From an uncultured virus (IMG/VR IMGVR_UViG_3300003876_000001) (Duplodnaviria; Heunggongvirae; Uroviricota; Caudoviricetes), in the IMG/VR virus record IMGVR_UViG_3300003876_000001, positions 118,980-138,979 of that record: a stretch of DNA of 20,000 nucleotides; one strand, written 5' to 3'. The position numbers and the translations under genes were made by a program. The notes below the pieces were generated by a model that was given only the letters and a program-made list of their open reading frames with translations, ran no database searches and was not told where the DNA came from. This document shows positions 1 to 9,675 of the stretch, piece after piece. Within the stretch, counting starts at the first letter, position 1; every line of letters starts with the position of its first letter.

Positions 1-1
1 T

Positions 2-718
2 AGTTATCCTTTAGGTCAAATACCCAAACATTTACAACGTCCAGAACTTGACATAATAAAAGAAATGGGTTATTATTGGAACGACCCAAGAGAAGTGATT
101 GACATGTTTGAACAAAAAGTTGCTGAATTTGCAGGTGCAAAATATGGTATTTTAACTGATTGTTGTACAAATGGTATGTTTTTATCATTAAAATATCTAA
201 TGAATATTGGTGAAATAATGGTTGAATGGAATATTCATCCTAAAATAACCATACCTAATAGAACATATGTTTCATTACCTATGTTAATTAATCAAGTAGG
301 ATTAGATTATGAGTTTAAAGATTATGAATGGAGTGGAATTTATCGATTAAATCCTACTAGAGTATATGATGGTGCAGTACGTTGGACTAAAGACATGTAT
401 GTTGGAAATAATGCATTACAGGTTGTATCTTTTCAAATAAAGAAAAGAATACCAATTGGTAAGGGTGGTATTATTTTAACTGATGATAAGGAAGCAGCAA
501 AGATGTTAAAATTAATGAGTTATGATGGTAGAGATCTGACAGTATCATATAATGATTGTAATCATATAAAAACAAAGGGATATCATATGTATATGACACC
601 TGAAGATGCAGCAAGAGGAATAATATTAATGGATAGTGTACCTGAAGAAAATGAAGATAGTGGAAATAGTACGATGTATCCAGATATTGAAGAAATGATA
701 AAAAATATAAGAATATAG
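2..718 (+). CDS. DegT/DnrJ/EryC1/StrS-family PLP-dependent sugar aminotransferase (short form; 5' end lies upstream of the window)
   Basis: The frame is open from position 2 (SYPLGQIPKHLQRPELDIIKEM...), so the ATG at 65 is probably internal. Family motifs: FEQKVAEFAGAKYG, DCCTNG, SFQIKKRIPIGKGG (catalytic-Lys region), GYHMYM. Confidence 0.85.
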   Translation, partial: SYPLGQIPKHLQRPELDIIKEMGYYWNDPREVIDMFEQKVAEFAGAKYGILTDCCTNGMFLSLKYLMNIGEIMVEWNIHPKITIPNRTYVSLPMLINQVGLDYEFKDYEWSGIYRLNPTRVYDGAVRWTKDMYVGNNALQVVSFQIKKRIPIGKGGIILTDDKEAAKMLKLMSYDGRDLTVSYNDCNHIKTKGYHMYMTPEDAARGIILMDSVPEENEDSGNSTMYPDIEEMIKNIRI

Positions 719-735
719 TAAAATAAATATAAAAT

Positions 736-1728
736 ATGAAAAAAGCGTTTATAACAGGAATTAGTGGTCAAGATGGTAGTTATCTTAGTGAATATTTATT
801 ATCACTAGGATATGAAGTACATGGAATGATTAGAAGAAACTCTGTTGCTGAAAACCAACAATATAGGATTGAAGGTTTAAGAAGTAATAAAAATATGTAC
901 GTACATTATGGTGATTTATTAGATCAAACATCAATAGAACGTCTATTAACCGAAATAATGCCCGATGAAATATATAATTTAGGTGCTCAGTCACACGTTA
1001 GAATTAGTTTTGATATACCACAATTTACAGTACAAACAAATGCGTTGGGTGTTGTTAATATATTAGAAGCGTATAAAAGACTTTGCCCTGATGCTAAATT
1101 TTATCAAGCAAGTTCATCTGAAATGTTTGGTTTAACTGTTGAGAATGATAAGTTTCAAAGAGAAACTACATTAATGAATCCAGTATCTCCTTATGGTTGT
1201 GCTAAAGTATTCTCATATAATATGGTTCGTCATTATAGACGTGCTTATAATTTACACGCAACCAACGGAATATTATTTAATCATGAATCACCAAGAAGAG
1301 GAAGTAATTTTGTTACAAATAAAGTAGTTAAAATTGCATGTATGATTAAATTAGGAAAGGCAGATAAACTAGAATTAGGGAATATTGATTCTTATAGAGA
1401 TTGGGGGCATTCAAAAGATTATGTTCGTGCAATGCATAAAGTAATTAATCATGATATTGCAGACGATTTTGTTATATCAACAATGGAAACACATTCAGTT
1501 CGTGAAATGTGTGATGTTGTTTTTAGTTATTTAGATATGAATTATAAAGATTATGTAGTACAAAACCCTAAATTTATTAGACCAGAAGAGTTACCATATC
1601 TAAAGGGTGATTCAACAAAAGCAAGAAATGTTTTAGGTTGGAAACCAGAATATTCATTTGAGATAATGATGCATGAAATGGTTGATCATTGGATGGATGA
1701 ATTACAGGGTATTAAATCGAATAGATAA
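736..1728 (+). CDS. gmd: GDP-mannose 4,6-dehydratase
   Basis: ITGISGQDGSYL, YNLGAQSHVRISF, FYQASSSEMFG, PVSPYGCAK (YxxxK), GILFNHESPRRG, RDWGH are hallmark Gmd motifs. Confidence 0.97.
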   Translation: MKKAFITGISGQDGSYLSEYLLSLGYEVHGMIRRNSVAENQQYRIEGLRSNKNMYVHYGDLLDQTSIERLLTEIMPDEIYNLGAQSHVRISFDIPQFTVQTNALGVVNILEAYKRLCPDAKFYQASSSEMFGLTVENDKFQRETTLMNPVSPYGCAKVFSYNMVRHYRRAYNLHATNGILFNHESPRRGSNFVTNKVVKIACMIKLGKADKLELGNIDSYRDWGHSKDYVRAMHKVINHDIADDFVISTMETHSVREMCDVVFSYLDMNYKDYVVQNPKFIRPEELPYLKGDSTKARNVLGWKPEYSFEIMMHEMVDHWMDELQGIKSNR

Positions 1729-2429
1729 TGAAAATAATAATACCTACATGTGATAAATATCGTAATATATTAGAAGCTAATAAATATACAATGGATAAAT
1801 TTGGCGGTTCAAATTTAGACATTACTATTTTAGGATATAAAAAACCTGAATTTGATATGGGTAATTGGAAGTTTTTTTGTTTGGGTAATGATAATGGTGC
1901 AGATAATTTCACTAATGATATATATAATTTTTTTAAAGATTTTAAAGATGAATATTTTATATATGGTAATGATGATATTGTTGCAGTTGATGAATTAAAT
2001 ATTGAAATGATAAATGAATTTAAAAAATTAATGGATAATGATGACAAAGTAGTAAAAATCTGTTTAACATCTGCTGCACCAAGTGTATATGGTAATGATA
2101 TTTATAAAAATGGGAATGATTATAATTTTATTAAATTACCTAATAATGGGGAATATAGATTATCGTTACATTATGGTGTATGGAGAACATCATATTTTAT
2201 GAAATATTTTGAATTAGGAATTTCTCCTTGGGAATGGGAATTAAGAGATGTTGCAAAAAATGATGGTGCTATCATATTAGGTACTGATAAAAAACATGTT
2301 TTAGATTTTGGGCATATACTTAGAAGGGGTGGTATGATAACGGAAACATGGTATAAATCATTATATACCAATAAACAATTAAATGATGATGATATTCAAT
2401 ATGTAAAAAAAATAATTGAAAACTTATGA
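1728..2429 (+). CDS. Hypothetical protein, possibly glycosyltransferase-like (GT-A fold)
   Basis: N-terminal KIIIPTCD strand, YFIYGNDD (DxD-like) and SPWEWE; translationally coupled within the sugar cluster. Confidence 0.55.
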   Translation: MKIIIPTCDKYRNILEANKYTMDKFGGSNLDITILGYKKPEFDMGNWKFFCLGNDNGADNFTNDIYNFFKDFKDEYFIYGNDDIVAVDELNIEMINEFKKLMDNDDKVVKICLTSAAPSVYGNDIYKNGNDYNFIKLPNNGEYRLSLHYGVWRTSYFMKYFELGISPWEWELRDVAKNDGAIILGTDKKHVLDFGHILRRGGMITETWYKSLYTNKQLNDDDIQYVKKIIENL

Positions 2430-3442
2430 TACTATTAACATTTGGAACAAGACCAGAATATTTGAAAATTAAACCTTTAATTAAAGAGTTTATAAAAAAT
2501 AATATTGATTATAAAATACTATTTACTGGTCAACATTTAAATATTGCTGATTTTAAATCAGATTATGTAATATCAATTAAAGATGGTGAAAATCGTTTAG
2601 ATTCAATAGTTAGTTCAATAATGAATGAATTAACATCTATAATTAGATTAGAACCAACATTAAAATATGTTTTAGTACAAGGCGATACGACATCAGTATT
2701 AGCCGTTGCATTGTCTGCATTTCATCATCAAATAAAAGTAATTCATCTTGAAGCTGGATTAAGAACATTTGATAAGAAAAACCCATATCCAGAAGAAACA
2801 AATAGACGTATAGTGTCATCAATTGCTGATATACATTTATGTCCAACAGATTTATCTAAAACGTACTTAGAAAGAGAAAAAACAGAAGGTGATATATATG
2901 TTGTGGGAAATACAGGATTAGATAATCTATTACCTTGGAAAGAAAAATTAAAAACATTTACAGGTAGCAACGATATTTTAATTACACTCCATAGAAGAGA
3001 AAATCATCATTGGATGAAAGAGTGGTTTTTATTAATAAATGAAATAGCAAAAAAACATAATTATCTTAATTTTATATTTCCAATGCATCCAAACCCAAAA
3101 GTTCAAATAAATAAAGTATTCATTGATGCACCAAACATTAAAATAATTGAACCATTAGATCATGATGAACTATTAGATGTTTTAGTAAATTCAAGATTAG
3201 TTATAACTGATTCAGGTGGGATACAAGAAGAATGTAGCTTTTTAAATAAAATTTGTTTAACTTGCAGAAAAGTAACGGAAAGACCCGAAGCAATAGGATA
3301 TTCTACAAGAATGGTTAAATCACCATTAGAATTACCAGATATATTTGAAAAATATATAAACAATTCAATTATTAAATATGAATCACCATTTGGTGATGGA
3401 CATGCTTCAGAAAAGATAGTAAAAATACTAAAAGAATTATGA
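2426..3442 (+). CDS. wecB: UDP-N-acetylglucosamine 2-epimerase (non-hydrolysing)
   Basis: FGTRPEYLK, FTGQH, VQGDTTS, HLEAGLRT, PYPEETNR, TLHRREN, TDSGGIQEE, TERPE, PFGDGHASEKI. Confidence 0.96.
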   Translation: MILLTFGTRPEYLKIKPLIKEFIKNNIDYKILFTGQHLNIADFKSDYVISIKDGENRLDSIVSSIMNELTSIIRLEPTLKYVLVQGDTTSVLAVALSAFHHQIKVIHLEAGLRTFDKKNPYPEETNRRIVSSIADIHLCPTDLSKTYLEREKTEGDIYVVGNTGLDNLLPWKEKLKTFTGSNDILITLHRRENHHWMKEWFLLINEIAKKHNYLNFIFPMHPNPKVQINKVFIDAPNIKIIEPLDHDELLDVLVNSRLVITDSGGIQEECSFLNKICLTCRKVTERPEAIGYSTRMVKSPLELPDIFEKYINNSIIKYESPFGDGHASEKIVKILKEL

Positions 3443-4218
3443 AAAAAGTATTAGTAATAGGAGATAGTTGTTTGGATGTATTCCAATATGGAAAATGTAA
3501 TAGAATAAGTCCTGAAGCACCAGTACCAATATTTGAACCAACAAATACGGAAAGTAATGTAGGTATGGCTGAAAATGTATTAAATAATTTATTAGCATTG
3601 AATGTTCATGTTGATATTATTACAAACGATTCAGATAAACCTACAAAAGTAAGATATGTTGATGAAGTATCAAATCAAATGCTTTTACGTATAGATACTG
3701 AAGATAAAGTTAAACCATTAAAAAGTTTTTGGGGTAAATTAAAACTAACGCATTGGGATGGTGTTGTTATCTCTGACTATAATAAAGGGTTTTTAGATGA
3801 AGAAATTATATTTAAAATAGTTACATATTGTAAGGGACATAAAATACCAACATTTCTAGATACTAAGAAAAAAATAGGTAGTTGGGCAAATGATATTAAT
3901 TTCATTAAAATTAATGAAAAAGAATATTTGGAAAATGAAGATGAGTTATATGGGTTTAAAAATCATCTTATAACAACACTAGGAAAAGAGGGTGCTAAAC
4001 ATTATGATAAGACATTAGGAACAACTATAATACACCCAATTAAAAACAAATCAGAAGTTCGAGATTTATCAGGAGCTGGTGATACATTTTTAGCTAGTTT
4101 TGTTGCGGATTATCTAGAAAATAACGATATTGCATCTGCAATTAATTTTGCAAACAGATGTGCATCATATGTTGTTACACAAAAGGGGGTTGTTGTTGTA
4201 GATAATGATAAAATTTAA
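3439..4218 (+). CDS. HldE/RfaE kinase domain (D-glycero-manno-heptose-7-phosphate kinase-like, PfkB family), stand-alone
   Basis: VLVIGDSCLD, RISPEAPVP, K.RY...QMLLRID, ISDYNKG, KINEKE, DLSGAGDTF; no C-terminal adenylyltransferase domain. Confidence 0.9.
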   Translation: MKKVLVIGDSCLDVFQYGKCNRISPEAPVPIFEPTNTESNVGMAENVLNNLLALNVHVDIITNDSDKPTKVRYVDEVSNQMLLRIDTEDKVKPLKSFWGKLKLTHWDGVVISDYNKGFLDEEIIFKIVTYCKGHKIPTFLDTKKKIGSWANDINFIKINEKEYLENEDELYGFKNHLITTLGKEGAKHYDKTLGTTIIHPIKNKSEVRDLSGAGDTFLASFVADYLENNDIASAINFANRCASYVVTQKGVVVVDNDKI

Positions 4219-4862
4219 TGTTCAAAATAGGTAATATTATATATGAAGATGAATTAGTTAATCATACTAAGGTTGATTATATTAATTATATTGATATGAA
4301 AAATGGTGGTAATGATTTAAATATACCAACAGATATACCAATATTGTTTGTAGGGTGGAATCAGTTTAAAGTAACACTCAATGATTTCCATGATAAAATA
4401 TCAATTCTAAATAAAGAAATCAAATCAAATCAATTATATTGGGAATTTTCTTTCAATGAAAATAAAGCACAACATGTAGGTGGAATAGAAATGTTTGTTA
4501 GAAATGCACCGTATTATTATTTTAGAGGTAAATATACATATAAAAATATTGATCCCATATTTGATAAAATATCTAATTTAGAAAATTTTAAAAATATACT
4601 ACCTAATGAAAAATTTAATACATTTCAATATAAGGATGAAATGATTTACATATTAGATAATAATAATAATATATTTGGTATTGATTTAAAAATGTATGAA
4701 TATTTTAATTTTAATCTAGATAAATTAACATCTATTCTTATTGATAGAAGTATTACAACAAAACACGATATAGATGGTTCTATCTATCAAAAACAATATA
4801 AAATTTTTCCTTTTTTCGAAGAATTAAAAAGATACCTAGTAGTTTTAATGTTAAAACCTTAG
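4218..4862 (+). CDS. Hypothetical protein
   Basis: 214-aa ORF coupled by a TAATG overlap to the kinase gene; no recognised motif. Confidence 0.8.
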   Translation: MFKIGNIIYEDELVNHTKVDYINYIDMKNGGNDLNIPTDIPILFVGWNQFKVTLNDFHDKISILNKEIKSNQLYWEFSFNENKAQHVGGIEMFVRNAPYYYFRGKYTYKNIDPIFDKISNLENFKNILPNEKFNTFQYKDEMIYILDNNNNIFGIDLKMYEYFNFNLDKLTSILIDRSITTKHDIDGSIYQKQYKIFPFFEELKRYLVVLMLKP

Positions 4863-4887
4863 TTTTTTAGTTTAAGTCTATAATAAC

Positions 4888-5199
4888 ATAAAAAAATGGA
4901 CGTATGAAAATAGTAAATTAGAAGCACTAAAATATGAATTTTTACATGAATTTAGAAAAAATTCTGAAAGAGTATATAAAGTTTGTAATAAAAATAAATG
5001 AATAAAATTAAATAGAAGAAAAACAGGTGGAATTGGGAGTTGTTCTACTGTATTGGATTTTAATAGAATGAATAAATTGATTAGAAAATATGATTGTTTG
5101 GATGAATTTAAAAATGATGACATTGAACTATATAACATTGCAAAAAGAAGTGGTTGAGTTAATTGTTTATTTGTTTGTGAAGATTTAATGAATTTGTAA
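4888..5199 (+). pseudogene. Decayed remnant resembling phage homing-endonuclease-associated helical repeats
   Basis: The frame reads (ATA)KKWTYENSKLEALKYEFLHEFRKNSERVYKVCNKNK*IKLNRRKTGGIGS...YNIAKRSG*VNCL...TAA, with in-frame TGA at 4999-5001 and 5155-5157. It resembles the 'WTxExCxxEALKY...W' repeats and 'LN+xKTGGxG' linker I recall from phage GIY-YIG proteins. Confidence 0.55.
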
Positions 5200-5208
5200 G
5201 TATTTATA
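5200..5208 (+). promoter_or_regulatory. Putative phage late-promoter motif GTATTTATA
   Basis: The same motif occurs at 10192-10200, 16404-16411 and 17823-17831, each time intergenic and upstream of a gene block. Confidence 0.5.
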
Positions 5209-5237
5209 TAAAATAACTTTATTTTAAAAAAAAAATA

Positions 5238-5417
5238 ATGAAAGATAATAATGAAAAAGTATTAAATGATTTTCTTGGTACTGAAGAAGAGGTTGTTGAT
5301 GAAAAGATTAAGAACGAAAAAAAAATAATCCTAGATGAACGTGAGGGATTGATTGAGAGAATTGATCGTACATTTGTAGATAGTAAAGGTCGTCAATTAT
5401 TAAGAGAGCAATACTAA
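5238..5417 (+). CDS. Small hypothetical protein (59 aa), missing from the ORF track
   Basis: MKDNNEKVLNDFLGTEEEVVDEKIKNEKKIILDEREGLIERIDRTFVDSKGRQLLREQY*. It has an A-rich leader, follows the putative late promoter and ends 12 nt before the next ATG. Confidence 0.8.
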   Translation: MKDNNEKVLNDFLGTEEEVVDEKIKNEKKIILDEREGLIERIDRTFVDSKGRQLLREQY

Positions 5418-5429
5418 AACTTTTAAAAT

Positions 5430-6140
5430 ATGGCAATAGAGAAAAAGAAATCTATGAACGAAACCGTTGATAGAATGAAATACTTGTTCAAATATACGTT
5501 GAATGAGGCTAGTTATACCCTTATTGATGGAATAGAGGAAGATGATAGTATTCCAGAAGAAATCTGGACAGAACCATCATCGGTATCACCTGTATCTCCT
5601 AACAATTCTAATGTTATGGAAGATGAAGAACCACAAATGGATAACGAAGGATTGCCTGTTGAAGAACCTGTACCTGCTGAAGGTGAATTTCCAAAAGAAG
5701 AAATGGGAGTTGAAGACCCTATGGCTATGGATGGTGAAATGAGTATGGAAGAACCAATACCAGAAGAACCAGCACCACCATCAGCAGATGAAATACAAAA
5801 TAATATATTAAAGTCAAGCATATCTGCAATGCAGAAAATGAATGATGAATTAAATAGTTTAGAATCAACATTAGGTATGTTGAATTCAAAGATTGATGGA
5901 TTAAACAAAGAAGTTGAAGAAGTTAGAGAACCAACTAATGTTGAAAAATTAATGTCAAAAAAGGAAGATTCACATCCCTTTTATTATAATTTAAATGATA
6001 TGTGGGATGGTAATTCATTTCAAGCAAGAAGACAAGTTGAAAATAGTGAAGGTATGAAACAAACTGATGATGGTTCATTTGTTGCTGATTTTGATACACT
6101 ACCTAAATACACAGATCAAGAAGTAACTGACAGTTTTTAA
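5430..6140 (+). CDS. Acidic low-complexity/coiled-coil protein, probable prohead core or internal head protein
   Basis: Basic N-terminus ending TLNE, Glu/Pro/Met-rich middle, heptad coiled coil (MQKMNDELNSLESTLGMLNSKIDGLNKEVEEV). Confidence 0.6.
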   Translation: MAIEKKKSMNETVDRMKYLFKYTLNEASYTLIDGIEEDDSIPEEIWTEPSSVSPVSPNNSNVMEDEEPQMDNEGLPVEEPVPAEGEFPKEEMGVEDPMAMDGEMSMEEPIPEEPAPPSADEIQNNILKSSISAMQKMNDELNSLESTLGMLNSKIDGLNKEVEEVREPTNVEKLMSKKEDSHPFYYNLNDMWDGNSFQARRQVENSEGMKQTDDGSFVADFDTLPKYTDQEVTDSF

Positions 6141-6142
6141 TT

Positions 6143-7603
6143 ATGAGAGTACATAAAAAAATAGGCACTAAAGAAAAACTTTTTGAAATGTTCGAAAACG
6201 TTAATAAGATTAAATTAAATGAGGAAATCCACAATACTTCGATTGATGATTTAAAACAATATGATAGACTTGAAGATTCTGAAGGAAATCAATTTTCAAT
6301 ACAAAGTTTTGAAGATGGTCATGTTAATGTAAGGGGTGATAGGGGAGGTAAATTTATTGCAAATAATGAGTTAAAGTATTATAAAAAAAGACCATCAATA
6401 GGTAAATTTGATACAAATGAATCATTTGATTCTCCAAAGGAAAAAGATAAAAAATATTTAGATAAGACTGTTGGTGATGAAAGTTCACAAGTTTCTAAAT
6501 ATGATGATGGTATACGTTATCCAGTAGAAGATAGGTTAAAAGTTAAAGACCCATCATTAGAAAAACTTAAAGGTGATGATGCTCCAATTAAAGAAGCGTT
6601 TGATGAAGATGATCAAGATGTTGTAGATAAAAATTCTGAAGAAACACAATTAGATGTAAATCCTGATGAAGAACCAGTAGATAATGATGATGGTGAAAGT
6701 GCTGAAGAAAAACCAGCGTGGGATGAAAATTTTGGTGATGAACCAGAACCTGATGATATGGAAATGGATACACTCCCACCAGATGAAGCAGCAGAAGATG
6801 CACCAGAATTAGGTGGTGAAATTGAAAATGGTGGTGTTGAACAAATGACAAATACTATGGAAGAACCACATGTTGATCAAATCGAAGGTGGTTTAGCAGA
6901 TGATGCACAACCTAGTGATTTTTGTCCTGTTCAAATTGCTAAAGGTATTCAAGTAGAAATGGAACATACGGATGATCCTCACAAAGCATTAGAAATTGCA
7001 ATGGATCATTTAACCGAAATTTCTGATTACTACGATAGATTAGAAGCTATGGAAGCTGAAGCTAAAGGAATGGAAACAGATATGGGTGCTCCTGAAGATA
7101 GTCTATTAGACCCTTCTAAGCATTGGGTTGATGATTATACACCACAAAATGTTTCAATGAGAGATGAAGAACTAGAAGAGGATTATCCACTTGAAGGTGG
7201 TGACCCTGAAGCTGGTGAAGAAGAATATGAATTTTATGAAAAAGCTAAAAATGGTGAGTTTGAAGATGATGATGAAAAAACAATAGATGAAAATGTAGAT
7301 TCTATTAATGGTATTGATATTAATGGTGTCCCTATTAATAAATATGAAAAATATCTTAATAATGAATTAAGTAATCCATCTAGTAATAAATTTGAAGGGG
7401 GTACTGATGTTTGGGTTTTTGATTTTCCTAAATCAAAATTTGACGAAAATTGGTACAATTCCATGAAACAATATATGGGTTATAGTGATGCTGGTGTTGA
7501 GGGAAATGCTGGTGGTTGGGTTACTAAAGAAAGAAAGGATATTGAAGATGTTGGTGATTATTATAGATTAACAGTAACAATTGAAAGTGTAATGGATATT
7601 TAA
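6143..7603 (+). CDS. Acidic virion-associated protein with DUF5661-like domain
   Basis: QIAKGIQVEMEHTDDPHKALEIAMDHLTEISDYYDRLEAME resembles DUF5661; the N-terminal leader is shared with the next gene. Confidence 0.7.
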   Translation: MRVHKKIGTKEKLFEMFENVNKIKLNEEIHNTSIDDLKQYDRLEDSEGNQFSIQSFEDGHVNVRGDRGGKFIANNELKYYKKRPSIGKFDTNESFDSPKEKDKKYLDKTVGDESSQVSKYDDGIRYPVEDRLKVKDPSLEKLKGDDAPIKEAFDEDDQDVVDKNSEETQLDVNPDEEPVDNDDGESAEEKPAWDENFGDEPEPDDMEMDTLPPDEAAEDAPELGGEIENGGVEQMTNTMEEPHVDQIEGGLADDAQPSDFCPVQIAKGIQVEMEHTDDPHKALEIAMDHLTEISDYYDRLEAMEAEAKGMETDMGAPEDSLLDPSKHWVDDYTPQNVSMRDEELEEDYPLEGGDPEAGEEEYEFYEKAKNGEFEDDDEKTIDENVDSINGIDINGVPINKYEKYLNNELSNPSSNKFEGGTDVWVFDFPKSKFDENWYNSMKQYMGYSDAGVEGNAGGWVTKERKDIEDVGDYYRLTVTIESVMDI

Positions 7604-7606
7604 ACT

Positions 7607-8785
7607 ATGAGAATACATAAAAAAATAGGGACTAAAGAAAGACTTTTCGAGATGTTCGAAAATGTTAATAAGGTAAATCTAAATGAATCATATGTTGATA
7701 CATTAAGTAATGAAGTAGGAACTGATAGTGTAATTTTCAAAATATTATTTACTTATATTTCTAAAAATACTATTACTGAAGAGGAATTTCAAGTAGGTGA
7801 ATTAACAGTTCAAATTGAAGCAAATCCTATAACATGGGATGAACCATCATATCAAGCAGCAACACAAATACAACCTGAAGAAGGTGGATATCCTGAAAAT
7901 GTTCAAGGTGAAATTTCAGATATTGTAATATGGGATAGGAATGATAATGAATATAAATTATCAAGTGATGCATTACAAAAATTAAATCAAAAGGTACAGT
8001 TTGATGGTAAAGTATTAGAAGATATTACAGAAAAAGCAATTAATGTTGATGGAGAAGATGAATATAGTCGTGCTGATTTTGCTCGTAAAGATAGTTTAGA
8101 AAATGAAGGTATAATTAAAGAAGAACAATCAGATGAAGAATTACATCAAGAAATTTATAATGAATTAGAAATGAGATATTCAAATTCATTAAAAACAATA
8201 CCACATAACGACATTACTGATGTTTCTCAAATGTATAATGTAGATGATGAATATATTATTAATGTTGCTGCAAATGTAATTGCAGATATTAATAATATGG
8301 TAAATACTGAAAATGAAGAAGAATTAGATGATATTTTTAATAGATTTTTGAAAGATTTAGATGAAAAAAATATTGATTATACACAACATGATTTTAATAC
8401 TCTTTATGATATAATGAATCATGAATATGCAATTTCTGGTGGTGATTGGAGTAAAGGAGATGTTAAATTAGCTTGGGATAAAAAAACTAAAGACCCAAAT
8501 CAAAGAAATATGTTTGAAACATCGTACTATGACTTAAATAAAAAAACAGGTGTTGTTGACAAGATGGAAGGGATTAAATTTAAATATGATCAAAAGGGTA
8601 ATTGGATACCTGAAGGTTATGAAGATAAAAAAATTGCTTTAAGATCATTAGAACAACCATTAGGTAGTGATAATTGGAAAGTTGTAGTAGTTACTTTAGA
8701 TATTAATGGTGAACTTGATGATATTATTAAAGTTACTGATAGTTGGGAAGAAGGAAAGAATGCACTACATACATCAATCACATAA
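7607..8785 (+). CDS. Acidic hypothetical protein with the shared N-terminal leader (probable internal head protein)
   Basis: MRIHKKIGTKERLFEMFENVNKVNLNE is near-identical to the start of the 6143 ORF. Confidence 0.7.
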   Translation: MRIHKKIGTKERLFEMFENVNKVNLNESYVDTLSNEVGTDSVIFKILFTYISKNTITEEEFQVGELTVQIEANPITWDEPSYQAATQIQPEEGGYPENVQGEISDIVIWDRNDNEYKLSSDALQKLNQKVQFDGKVLEDITEKAINVDGEDEYSRADFARKDSLENEGIIKEEQSDEELHQEIYNELEMRYSNSLKTIPHNDITDVSQMYNVDDEYIINVAANVIADINNMVNTENEEELDDIFNRFLKDLDEKNIDYTQHDFNTLYDIMNHEYAISGGDWSKGDVKLAWDKKTKDPNQRNMFETSYYDLNKKTGVVDKMEGIKFKYDQKGNWIPEGYEDKKIALRSLEQPLGSDNWKVVVVTLDINGELDDIIKVTDSWEEGKNALHTSIT

Positions 8786-8817
8786 TTAATAAAATATTCT
8801 TAATCACATACAAGGTA

Positions 8818-9675
8818 ATGAGTATATATCGATCATATTTTCTTAAAAACAATACGCTGATAGAGAATAATAGAACTAACAATTCTCAAAATCCTGTTAC
8901 CGAAATTTCTTACGGTACACCAAATTCTGATGTAAGTAGATTCATATTTAATATTGACTTAGAAGGACTTAAAACCTATATTGATAATGGTACTATCAAA
9001 CCAGAAATGATTGTAGGACACGTTCTTAAAATGGTTAATACAATAAGATTTAGTGAAGATAGAATAGGTGGAAAGTTTAATGATTTCATTACTGATAGAA
9101 CAACTTCTTTTGATTTGGATTTATATAATATAGATGAAGATTGGGATGAAGGAAATGGATATGATTTTGTTTATATAGATGAACAATTTCCACAAATACC
9201 ACATCAAGCAGTTAATTGGTTCGATAGAAAAACAGATGTACCTTGGACTGTTGAAGGTGGTTATATTAGTGGTTCAACTAACATATTAGCATCACAACAT
9301 TTTGAAGTCGGAAATGAAGATATTGAAATTGATGTAACTGATTATATTAATGATATATTATTCAGTGGTTCAACAGGATATACAGCAACAACATCAGGTG
9401 TTACTTATGGTTTAGGTTTAAAATTTCCTGATAATTTAGAAATACTTGAAACGTTAAATAGACAAGCTGTAGCTTTCCATGTTAAAGATACAACAACATT
9501 TTTTGAACCATATATTGAAACCATATACGATAATAGAATTACAGATGATAGAAATTACTTCTACCTAGATAAGGATAATGAATTATATTTATATTCTAAT
9601 GTTGGTGGAACACTACAAGATGTTACCGTTAACAGTGTTACGATTATTGATTATAATGATATTGAAGACACTTAA
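8818..9675 (+). CDS. Virion-type protein (DNRLRE-like beta domain), N-terminal part of a frameshifted gene
   Basis: Probable start is ATG 8818 (MSIYRSYFLKNNTLI), after the upstream stop at 8785. Motifs SRFIFNIDL, EDWDEGNG, GNEDIEIDVTDYIN. Stops at TAA 9673-9675 while a +1 frame continues. Confidence 0.65.
   Translation: MSIYRSYFLKNNTLIENNRTNNSQNPVTEISYGTPNSDVSRFIFNIDLEGLKTYIDNGTIKPEMIVGHVLKMVNTIRFSEDRIGGKFNDFITDRTTSFDLDLYNIDEDWDEGNGYDFVYIDEQFPQIPHQAVNWFDRKTDVPWTVEGGYISGSTNILASQHFEVGNEDIEIDVTDYINDILFSGSTGYTATTSGVTYGLGLKFPDNLEILETLNRQAVAFHVKDTTTFFEPYIETIYDNRITDDRNYFYLDKDNELYLYSNVGGTLQDVTVNSVTIIDYNDIEDT

Noticed and set aside
8743..8817. ORF-track start at 8743
   Set aside because: It overlaps the upstream gene by 43 nt; ATG 8818 after the upstream stop is more plausible.
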